From positions 1-31,706 of IMG/VR virus record IMGVR_UViG_3300048988_000013: a stretch of DNA of 31,706 nt; one strand, given 5' to 3'. The DNA is from a virus (taxonomy: Duplodnaviria; Caudoviricetes). This document shows positions 17,666-24,730 of this stretch, piece after piece. Position numbers and translations under genes: made by a program. A model generated the notes under the pieces. The model was not told the origin of the DNA. It saw only the letters and a list, made by a program, of their open reading frames with translations, and searched no databases. Numbering within the stretch: position 1 is the first letter of the stretch; every line of letters begins with the position of its first letter.

Positions 17666-18488
17666 TATGCTTATCCGGTTAGCGCCCACACCTACTAGAT
17701 GTTGGGTGTACATAAAACCCCGCATTCTATATCCGGTTCAGCTTTGTACCGGCCCGCGTTTGGGGGCAATTCATCTAGGAATACTCGCTTGCGCCAGCGC
17801 TTCCCGTTTGTGACGCCTTCCTTTTTACATATGGCTGCATCCAGCGTTCGTTCCATTTTCGCCATGCGGTCAAATACCAAGGGAAAATCTTTGCGAATCT
17901 TATTCCAGTACCCCGACTGGCCTTTAACGCACCCTATGCAATTGTTGTTTTTGTAGCCCAGTTTGTACATTGCAGGTTGTTCAATGCCCGCGTCCTTAAC
18001 TGCTTGATGGCACATGGCTTTTGTTATGCCACGCCTCAATAGGGGAAATTCCGTCTCTAATTCTGGGTTTTCTTCGCGGAACCGACGCACGCGGGAGGCT
18101 TCCTCAGACGTGAAGCCGAACACATGCAAGTCGTCCACTGTTTGGTATGCCTTGCGAACGTTCTTTTTAAGCTCAGTCGTACAGCGAGCACCTTGGATGC
18201 CAATCAGCCAGCGGGTTTTCTCGAACACATCGTAAATGTCTGTGTACTCCGCGGATTTTAAAACTGTAATCGGCTTGCCTATCCAGCGCTCTACGTCCTC
18301 CATGAACCGGCGATTGTCGGGATGTTCATGCGCTAGCGTGTCGCAATAGACGATTTCGCAGCCGTCGCCATATTTATCGACGGTAAGTTTTGCCGCGTAG
18401 GCGCTGGCGGACCCGCACGAGAACCAAGCAAGTACACGATTCATATACACAACCTCTTGTGTTTGTGGGTGTCAAGCGGATAAGCATA
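17666..18488. mobile_element. Non-autonomous TIR element (mobile insertion cassette), IS1595-family-like ends, one passenger gene
   Basis: TIRs TATGCTTATCCGGTTAGCGCCCACA (17666-17690) and rc TATGCTTATCCGCTTGACACCCACA (18464-18488) match at 21/25. GATGTTGG is duplicated at 17658-17665 and 18489-18496. No transposase; visibly AT-richer than its flanks. Confidence 0.88.
17695..18444 (-). CDS. PAPS-reductase-family / adenine nucleotide alpha-hydrolase protein (passenger gene)
   Basis: PP-loop variant WFSCGSAS, EHPDNRRF, CTTELKK, FPL, NNCIGCVKG..GYW and ECGVLC. RBS AGAGG before ATG 18444. Confidence 0.85.
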   Translation of the reverse strand: MNRVLAWFSCGSASAYAAKLTVDKYGDGCEIVYCDTLAHEHPDNRRFMEDVERWIGKPITVLKSAEYTDIYDVFEKTRWLIGIQGARCTTELKKNVRKAYQTVDDLHVFGFTSEEASRVRRFREENPELETEFPLLRRGITKAMCHQAVKDAGIEQPAMYKLGYKNNNCIGCVKGQSGYWNKIRKDFPLVFDRMAKMERTLDAAICKKEGVTNGKRWRKRVFLDELPPNAGRYKAEPDIECGVLCTPNI

Positions 18489-18701
18489 GATGTTGGTATC
18501 GATTACTACGTGGGTGAACCCGGCGCGCTGGTGATCGCGCTGCACGGCGCAAAGCTGACCGTCGCGATCTTGATAGCCGAACCTACTGTTCTCGCGCCAG
18601 TTCTGCTCGCCAATGTCCTTCGCCTGCTGGATCTCAAGCGCCCAGCGCGGATCGGTAGGTTCGCAATGCGTGATTCGCTGAAAGGAAAGGGCGGCGCTCA
18701 T
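18441..18701 (-). pseudogene. 5' half of the interrupted gene (72 native codons plus 14 element-derived codons)
   Basis: MSAALSFQRI...HVVIDTNIY then AYPLDTHKHKRLCI* read from the TIR; stop overlaps the passenger ATG. Confidence 0.75.
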
Positions 18702-18940
18702 GAGTACACCCGACGCTTCGCGCGAATCTTCTTGGCCTTCGGCGCTGGCGCCAGGCCGATCAATACGAACAGGCGATTGGCAGCACGCGCTGCGGCGTCG
18801 AAGTCATCGACGGTCCAGACGCTGCGGCCATGTTTGGCGGCGTGCGCATTGCCCGCATCCCAACCGATCGAGTTGATGACGCGTGCGGCTTGGCTGGCAT
18901 CGAGCGGCATGTTGCCGAGCTTCATGACGACAACACTCAC
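18698..18940 (-). CDS. Hypothetical protein
   Basis: GTG 18940 (GTGA overlap); GWDAGN......GRS.W..DDFDAAA motif. Confidence 0.6.
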   Translation of the reverse strand: MSVVVMKLGNMPLDASQAARVINSIGWDAGNAHAAKHGRSVWTVDDFDAAARAANRLFVLIGLAPAPKAKKIRAKRRVYS

Positions 18941-19050
18941 AGCATCACCCACACAGTGGCGACGAACGCATAGACCGCGACGAGTGCGACCGATGCGAGG
19001 GTGCCCATGTGGAGGGCGAGGTAGTTAGCGGTCGGGAATCGAGAAGTCAT
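18937..19050 (-). CDS. First gene of the leftward early operon, 37-aa membrane peptide
   Basis: Hand translation MTSRFPTANYLALHMGTLASVALVAVYAFVATVWVML*; RBS GGAGG. Confidence 0.6.
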   Translation of the reverse strand: MTSRFPTANYLALHMGTLASVALVAVYAFVATVWVML

Positions 19051-19078
19051 GTCGGTGCCTCCGTGTTCGAAGGAGGTA

Positions 19079-19197
19079 ATGCTACGGGAAGCCGTAACAA
19101 AAAGTCAACGGGATTCCGTAATGCTGTGATGCATACCGCGCAAACGCTCGAATGAACTGCTTTTACATAACTAAATTATGTTGTGACGGGATGCCGT
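19079..19197 (-). promoter_or_regulatory. pL-like promoter with three left operators
   Basis: Minus strand TTGACT (19108-19103)-N18-TAGCAT (19084-19079); ACGG-N4-CCGT at 19084, 19108 and 19186. Confidence 0.75.
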
Positions 19198-19273
19198 AAT
19201 TGACGGGAGAAATGTGCAGCGGAGTAGTCGATTGAGATAGAAGGGGATTGTGTATTGCAAGGAGCTAAATTCA

Positions 19274-19468
19274 ATGGACGAACCACAGCCGAACGAACCA
19301 CAGCCGCGCACGAAGGTGATCATTACCGATTTCGACATGCCGTTTACGTCAGTGATGCTGTTCATGATCAAGATGGCGATCGCCGCGATCCCGGCCGCCT
19401 TCGTGATCGCGTTGATCTACGCGGGCATCATTGGAGTTTTCGCAAGTCTGGGATCGCTGCATCATTGA
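19274..19468 (+). CDS. Small membrane protein (immunity-region accessory gene)
   Basis: RBS AAGGAG; VIITDFDMPF motif followed by a long hydrophobic segment. Confidence 0.75.
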   Translation: MDEPQPNEPQPRTKVIITDFDMPFTSVMLFMIKMAIAAIPAAFVIALIYAGIIGVFASLGSLHH

Positions 19469-19481
19469 AGGAGCTTATGGA

Positions 19482-19862
19482 ATGAGTATTCGAATATTGG
19501 CGGGCGTGTGCTTGGCGGGAATCCTGGCCGGATGCACGTCGAACCTGGCGCTTGAGCGGGCGAGCCCGGAAAAGCTCAAGACCGTCTCGACGCAGAATCT
19601 GTGCGATCTCTACAGCGTATCGAATCAGACGCGGGTGATCGACGAGTTGCGCGGCCGAAAGGAATTTACCGACCAGGACCTCGAGGCGATCGCCGCCCAT
19701 TCGATGCGGGTCGGCATGACCGAGCAGGCCGCGCGTTGCAGCTGGGGGACGCTCTACGTGGTGCACAAGGTCGCCGGCGGCGACGTGGCACGCTGGGGAT
19801 ATTTTCAAACCAGCGGCTACCTATTCGTCGATAATGGCGCGGTGACCAGCTTTCACAACTGA
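19482..19862 (+). CDS. Lipoprotein, BamE/SmpA-like fold candidate
   Basis: Lipobox ILAG-C; RVGMT......SWG, W.Y and YLF.DNG.V motifs. Confidence 0.75.
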   Translation: MSIRILAGVCLAGILAGCTSNLALERASPEKLKTVSTQNLCDLYSVSNQTRVIDELRGRKEFTDQDLEAIAAHSMRVGMTEQAARCSWGTLYVVHKVAGGDVARWGYFQTSGYLFVDNGAVTSFHN

Positions 19863-19905
19863 TGCGCTAACTCATTTATCCCGATAGTCGCTCAGAAAAA
19901 CGACG

Positions 19906-20319
19906 TTATCCGACGCGTCGTCTTTTTGTAGTTCGCTTAGCGCGGGGTACCTCGCAGCGCGAAATGTAGGTACGTACGAGCTCTTCAATTGTTTCTTTAT
20001 CCCGGCTGGATAGACGATCAAAACTGCTGAATGCAATAGTGGTAAATGGCCATGGGTCTTCAGGTGTTTCCTTAATGGGCGCAGAGCCACCCACTTCTTC
20101 TGGTCCTTTCCCAGATTCGAGATACTCGATATTGAGGCCCAGAACTTTCGCGATTCTATTAAGCGCGCTCGATTTTTTCTGATCGCCGATTTCCAGACCA
20201 TAGATGGTGCTCGGCTTAGAACCGACCTTTGCGGCGAGATCGTGCACGGACATTCCTTTCTTTTCCCGCCAATGGCGAACGCGCTCGCCGATTGTTTTTC
20301 CTATGAATTTCTCCTCCAT
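19906..20319 (-). CDS. cI: CI-like repressor (XRE HTH, no S24 peptidase domain)
   Basis: IGERVRHWREKKGMS...LAAKVG....TIYGLE.G....S..L.RIAKVLG; divergent from cro across the operators. Confidence 0.85.
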   Translation of the reverse strand: MEEKFIGKTIGERVRHWREKKGMSVHDLAAKVGSKPSTIYGLEIGDQKKSSALNRIAKVLGLNIEYLESGKGPEEVGGSAPIKETPEDPWPFTTIAFSSFDRLSSRDKETIEELVRTYISRCEVPRAKRTTKRRRVG

Positions 20320-20392
20320 GGACGCATTTAAACGGAAAGCCGTAACGGGATGCCGTTGCTTTTGAATTACGGAATGTCGTAATCTAGCGGGC
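20320..20392. promoter_or_regulatory. pRM/pR-like divergent promoters with three right operators
   Basis: ACGG-N4-CCGT at 20332 and 20345, ACGG-N4-TCGT at 20369; TTGCTT (20356)-N18-TAATCT (20380). Confidence 0.75.
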
Positions 20393-20611
20393 ATGGACAC
20401 ATGGGCATCGCGAATTCGGGACCTGCAATCGGTGGGTAAATTGAAGTTGAGTGATATCGCGGAGAAGATTGGGGTCTCCACCTCCTCGATCGGCGATATA
20501 GCGACTGGCCGAACCAAATCACCACGGGGTGATGCAGCACTCAAGCTATTTGAACTGCACAAGTCATTGGTTCCCGTGCGTTCGAAATCCAAACCCATCG
20601 CCGCTGTCTAG
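20393..20611 (+). CDS. cro: Cro-like HTH regulator
   Basis: LSDIAEKIGVSTSSIGDIATGRTKSPR; divergent from cI. Confidence 0.85.
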   Translation: MDTWASRIRDLQSVGKLKLSDIAEKIGVSTSSIGDIATGRTKSPRGDAALKLFELHKSLVPVRSKSKPIAAV

Positions 20612-20686
20612 CGGAATCCCCGCCACCATGACGCCGGGATGCCTCGCGCTATTTGAGACGACATATTCCCGCCCGTGGTTGACGCA

Positions 20687-20923
20687 ATGAGCCTCGACCG
20701 AATGGACATTCGCGCGAAGCTGGATCCGGAATGGCACGAAGCGCTCGTCCGTATCTGCAAACGCGAGAGCATCGACATCGGTGTTTTTGTTGAGCGCGAG
20801 ATAGAGCGCGTCCTCTCCGAACGTATTCATCAATCGATACTGGATTTCGAAGCGATCGACGGCCTGGGAATAACCGGGAAAATCCGGGATCAACTGGGAA
20901 TCGGCAAAGCGGGGCGCAAGTGA
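20687..20923 (+). CDS. Small regulator at the cII position (ribbon-helix-helix-like)
   Basis: MSLDRMDIRAKLDPEWHEAL..IC..E.IDIG.FVE; directly after cro. Confidence 0.6.
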   Translation: MSLDRMDIRAKLDPEWHEALVRICKRESIDIGVFVEREIERVLSERIHQSILDFEAIDGLGITGKIRDQLGIGKAGRK

Positions 20924-21051
20924 CCGCCGCCACGCCCACCGACCTCGAAGATCACGTCCGCCGCGAAGCGTTGAAGCGCTATCTCGAGGGGGACGAAGAG
21001 CAGTCGCTCGATCTGCTCGCGGTGGCGCGGGCGATGACGGGGGCGGCGTGA
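20920..21051 (+). CDS. Hypothetical peptide (43 aa)
   Basis: Hand translation; GTGA overlaps on both ends. Confidence 0.5.
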   Translation: MTAATPTDLEDHVRREALKRYLEGDEEQSLDLLAVARAMTGAA

Positions 21052-21182
21052 GGGACTGGCAATTGAATGGCAGCGCCCGCATCGATACGCGTTATCCCTG
21101 GTTTATTCGCTCGTTTGCGGATCGGCTGCCCAATTGGCTGCTGAACCTCTATGCGAAGGTTCGTCGGCATGGCTGGTGGTGA
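21048..21182 (+). CDS. Hypothetical Trp-rich peptide (44 aa)
   Basis: Hand translation MRDWQLNG...RHGWW*; fills the gap before the primase. Confidence 0.4.
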   Translation: MRDWQLNGSARIDTRYPWFIRSFADRLPNWLLNLYAKVRRHGWW

Positions 21183-21190
21183 GCTCATCC

Positions 21191-23065
21191 ATGCAGAACG
21201 CAACCTGGTCGGCGGAGCAATGCGCACGGATCCTCGCCAAAGCGAAGCGCTCGCCCACCGGTTGGAAAGCCTGCTGCCCGGCGCACGAGGACAAGGATCC
21301 ATCTCTGTTTCTGGCGGATGGCCAAGAGGGCATTGCACTCGTGTGTTATGCCGGATGCGACTATCGTTCGATTGCCCAGGCGCTCGAATCGAAAGGCGCC
21401 GTGCTCAACGGCTACCGGGGCGGCGGCGACGTTCCCACCGAACATTTCCAACTGGGCGAATATCACGCGCACTGGGATTATCACAGCGCCGCCGGCTCGC
21501 TCATCATGCGGGTGTGCCGCTGGGAACAGCCGGGCGGCAAGAAGGATATCCGCCCGCTCACCAAGACTGCCGATGGCTGGAAGTGGGTGCATCATCCGAA
21601 TCCGCGCCCGCTCTTCCAGCTCGACCGGCTGACCAACGAGCCGGAGGCCGCGGTGATCATGGTCGAGGGCGAGAAGACGGCGGCCGCAGCGCAAAAACTT
21701 TTCCCCGATCATGTCGCGACCACCTGGCCCGGGGGTGCGAGCTCGACCGGTCAGATCGATATGGCGGTGCTCGCGGGGCGCGACGTGATCCTAGTTCCGG
21801 ACTGCGATGCGGCCGGGCGCAAGGCGATGTCGTGGATGCAAACCCATTTGAAGACGGTGGCGCGCAGCGTGCGCGTCGTCGACCCGGCGGCGTTCGTCCC
21901 GAACTTGCCAGAGAAATGGGATTTGGCGGATGCCTTGGCCGAAAAGCGCGATGTCTCCGCGTGGCTTATCCCGGCCGCCGCCCCCGCCCCGACGCGTCAT
22001 CCCATGCGCTGGCGGGACCTGCAGTTGCTCACGCCTCCGGATCGGCCCTGGCAGGTCGCGCATTGGTTGGGAATCGGCACAACGCTCCTGGCCGGCCGCG
22101 GCGGCATTGGCAAGACACTGCTCGCGCAAACGCTCGCGACCGCATTGGCGCTCGGCAGGAATTTCTTGGATGCGATCGAGATACCGAAACGCGTGCTCTT
22201 CTGGGCCTGCGAGGACGATCACGATGAGTTGTGGCGTCGGCAACTCGCGATTTGCCGGTACTTGGGCGCCAACCTCGAGGACCTGGAGGGTAAGCTCGTG
22301 ATCGAGCCGCGCTCAGGCCTCGACAATACCCTCTTCTATGCTGAGTACGGCGCGCCCAAATGGACCGCGCTGCATGCGGAGCTGATTCAGCAAGTCAATG
22401 ATTACCGGTCCGATGTGACCTTCGTCGATAACATCGGTCAGACCTTTGGCGGCAAGGAAAACGATCGCCACCACGTCACCTCGTTCGTCAACGGCATGAC
22501 CGGGTTGGGGCATGGCCGCGCCCATAGCACTGTCATCCTTGCACACCCGGGCAAGCAGGAGGATTCCGAATTCTCGGGCTCCACCGCGTGGGAAAACAGC
22601 GTGCGCATGCGCTGGTATATGGGCAGTAAATTGCCGGATCAGGCCGAAGAGGGCGACGAGGAAGTCGATCCGGATGTGCGCTATATCGCGAAGCGCAAAA
22701 CAAATTACACCATCAAGGATTACCGCAAGCTGATCTATCGGCAGGGCGTTTTTGAGACGCACCTGGAGCCCGGTTCGTTCAGCGAGCGCTACACCTTCGG
22801 ACGGCGCGATGAGGCGGCGGAAGAGGTCGTGCTCAAGGCGATCGACCGATTCGTCGCTGTTTCGGTCAGGACTGTCGATGCGCGCACCTCTCCCGATTAC
22901 CTGCCAAAGAGAATGCGTCAGGACAAACTCGCGCAGGATTTCTCGCCCCGGGAGTTGGCCGAGGCCTTGGGACGGCTGCGCCTCAATGGCCGGGTGACGG
23001 AAGGTCCTGTCGGAAAGTTCGCCAATCGGACCGTCAAATTCGGGCTGGTGAGGGCTCAATTATGA
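21191..23065 (+). CDS. Primase-helicase (Zn-binding + TOPRIM + AAA_25/RepA-like helicase)
   Basis: CCPAHED..PSL; VEGEKTA and PDCD..G (TOPRIM); Walker A GRGGIGKT; FVDN; LAHPGK; FSGSTAW. Confidence 0.9.
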   Translation: MQNATWSAEQCARILAKAKRSPTGWKACCPAHEDKDPSLFLADGQEGIALVCYAGCDYRSIAQALESKGAVLNGYRGGGDVPTEHFQLGEYHAHWDYHSAAGSLIMRVCRWEQPGGKKDIRPLTKTADGWKWVHHPNPRPLFQLDRLTNEPEAAVIMVEGEKTAAAAQKLFPDHVATTWPGGASSTGQIDMAVLAGRDVILVPDCDAAGRKAMSWMQTHLKTVARSVRVVDPAAFVPNLPEKWDLADALAEKRDVSAWLIPAAAPAPTRHPMRWRDLQLLTPPDRPWQVAHWLGIGTTLLAGRGGIGKTLLAQTLATALALGRNFLDAIEIPKRVLFWACEDDHDELWRRQLAICRYLGANLEDLEGKLVIEPRSGLDNTLFYAEYGAPKWTALHAELIQQVNDYRSDVTFVDNIGQTFGGKENDRHHVTSFVNGMTGLGHGRAHSTVILAHPGKQEDSEFSGSTAWENSVRMRWYMGSKLPDQAEEGDEEVDPDVRYIAKRKTNYTIKDYRKLIYRQGVFETHLEPGSFSERYTFGRRDEAAEEVVLKAIDRFVAVSVRTVDARTSPDYLPKRMRQDKLAQDFSPRELAEALGRLRLNGRVTEGPVGKFANRTVKFGLVRAQL

Positions 23066-23235
23066 TGCTCTCGCTACCTGCTCGCACTTCCTTAAAAAGT
23101 GCTCTTACTACCCAAGAAACTGCTCTAGCTACTTGCTCTCGATCCCCTATGGGGGCTTTAGCCCCCAGGGGGAGAGCGAGCAGTAGGCCGAAGCGAGAGC
23201 AAACGAAGCGGAAGCAAGAGCAGGTAGTGAGAGCA
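23066..23235. repeat. Probable replication origin: iteron-like repeats and central hairpin
   Basis: TGCTCTCGCTACCTGCTC (23066), TGCTCTTACTACC (23100), TGCTCTAGCTACTTGCTC (23121), an inverted 17/18 copy at 23218-23235, and hairpin TGGGGGC-TTTA-GCCCCCA at 23150-23167. Confidence 0.65.
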
Positions 23236-23495
23236 TGAGTCAGCTCGGGTTCCAATTGCAGGTCAGGGATTTATCGCCCACCGAGTACTTCGTCAAACGC
23301 TTGACCGAGCACCGCAGAGCGCCAGCCGAGGGCGATGCCTCAACGCTCAAAGAGCGCATCCGCCAAGCGATCCTGACCGGGCTCGACTGCACGATCATCG
23401 GCAAGAACGCGGCGGGGAAGCCGGAGACCTATGCCCAAAGTTTTCAACGGTTCTACGGAGAGCCTCTCGTACCTACAACTCGCAAGGGGAAATAG
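23235..23495 (+). CDS. Hypothetical protein; probable paralogue of 5731-6009
   Basis: KERIRQAI...TYAQSFQRFYGEPL. Confidence 0.65.
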   Translation: MSQLGFQLQVRDLSPTEYFVKRLTEHRRAPAEGDASTLKERIRQAILTGLDCTIIGKNAAGKPETYAQSFQRFYGEPLVPTTRKGK

Positions 23496-23497
23496 CC

Positions 23498-23725
23498 ATG
23501 TCGACCGTCGATTCCACCAGTGACGAGCGAACCGTGAACAACGTCATGCGGCATACCTATCGCGTGCTGTCGGACGCCGAGAAGGCGCAAATGCAGGCGC
23601 TCAAGGACAAGGGCCTCGAACTGCATTCACTGATCGAAAGCATCGGTAAAAGCCGCGAACTATCGCTCGCGCTCACCAAGACCGAGGAAGCGGTCATGTG
23701 GGCCGTCAAACACATCACCAAGTAA
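23498..23725 (+). CDS. Acb2/Tad1-like helical-hairpin anti-defence (nucleotide sponge) candidate
   Basis: YRVLSDAEK..M..LK..G resembles the Acb2 N-terminus; SRELSLALTKTEEAVMWA resembles the Tad1 C-terminal helix. Confidence 0.7.
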   Translation: MSTVDSTSDERTVNNVMRHTYRVLSDAEKAQMQALKDKGLELHSLIESIGKSRELSLALTKTEEAVMWAVKHITK

Positions 23726-23736
23726 GGGGAAATGAC

Positions 23737-24351
23737 ATGCAGAAACTTAGATCCAAGCCCTGTCACATCGCGACGTCGATCAACACCCGCACGCAACGCA
23801 AGGGCGAAGAACGCGAACCCTACATGGACATCGCGCTCACGATTTCGGTCACCGCCAAGGAGGCCTGCGCCATCACCGGCGAGCCGCACACGGCGGATGC
23901 CTGGTTCGAAACGAAGGACGGCAAATTCGACAAGCCGCTGTTCAAGAATCTGGCGCCGTATCGCTTCACATCCAAGTTCGAGAACTCACTCGCGGTCATC
24001 ACCGTCGGTGTGAATCAGCAGAAGATCGACTGCGGCAATTGCACGCTGAACAAGCTCGTGTTCGAGCCGCTGTCCGATGGCCGCACCGCGCTCAAGTTGA
24101 AAATTCAATGCCCGATTACGAGCGAACGCACGCCGCTGTTTCTGTGGCTCGATCACGATGCCGACGTGCAGCTGCAGTTCGGTGAGATGGTGGGCGATGA
24201 CGCGCAGGAGGAGTTGCCGCTCGAGGTCGCGGACGGGGATGACGTCGCGCGGGGCGATGACGACACACCGGAGCAGGCTCGCGCAAAGGCACATGAACGC
24301 GAACGGCGTATCGCGCAGCAGATCCAGGACGATCGCGACCGGCTGAACTGA
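23737..24351 (+). CDS. Hypothetical beta-rich protein with acidic tail
   Basis: RBS AAGGGG; INTRT..KGEE..P..DI.L motif. Confidence 0.7.
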   Translation: MQKLRSKPCHIATSINTRTQRKGEEREPYMDIALTISVTAKEACAITGEPHTADAWFETKDGKFDKPLFKNLAPYRFTSKFENSLAVITVGVNQQKIDCGNCTLNKLVFEPLSDGRTALKLKIQCPITSERTPLFLWLDHDADVQLQFGEMVGDDAQEELPLEVADGDDVARGDDDTPEQARAKAHERERRIAQQIQDDRDRLN

Positions 24352-24355
24352 CGTG

Positions 24356-24730
24356 ATGCCCGCAGCGGAGATGATCGCGCCGGCGAGCGAACCCAAGCGC
24401 AAAAAGGCGAAGGCGAAGAGCCCGACGCAGAGAAGCCTCGAGCACATGCGCAAGCTTGGCTATCCGCTCGCGCAAGTCGTGGAACGCTGGAACATGCACG
24501 CCAAGGTTCGCGTCGACCTCTTCGGCATTATCGATATTGTCGCGATCGACGCGGCAGGCGAGACCTACGGGATTCAAGCGACGAGCGGCGATAACGTCGC
24601 GAGCCGCGTGACCAAGATCGCGGAGTCCGATGCGCTCGCGCCGTGCCTGAAAGCCGGCTGGCGCATCGTCGTCCACGGCTGGCGCAAAAACGCGGCCGGG
24701 CGCTGGACGCTGCGGGAAGTGGAGCTGTGA
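24356..24730 (+). CDS. PD-(D/E)XK nuclease, Holliday-junction-resolvase-like
   Basis: SPTQRSL...GY....VE.W, DLFGIIDIVA, GIQATS and VHGWRK motifs. Confidence 0.7.
   Translation: MPAAEMIAPASEPKRKKAKAKSPTQRSLEHMRKLGYPLAQVVERWNMHAKVRVDLFGIIDIVAIDAAGETYGIQATSGDNVASRVTKIAESDALAPCLKAGWRIVVHGWRKNAAGRWTLREVEL

Noticed and set aside
17656-17710. Integron attC site at the end of the passenger gene
   Set aside because: ACCCAAC fits RYYYAAC, but there is no matching downstream GTTRRRY or attC hairpin on that strand; TIRs plus target duplication explain the region better.
20320-20598. N-terminal extension of CI in the 230-aa ORF
   Set aside because: It would overlap cro and the operators; the HTH begins just after ATG 20319.
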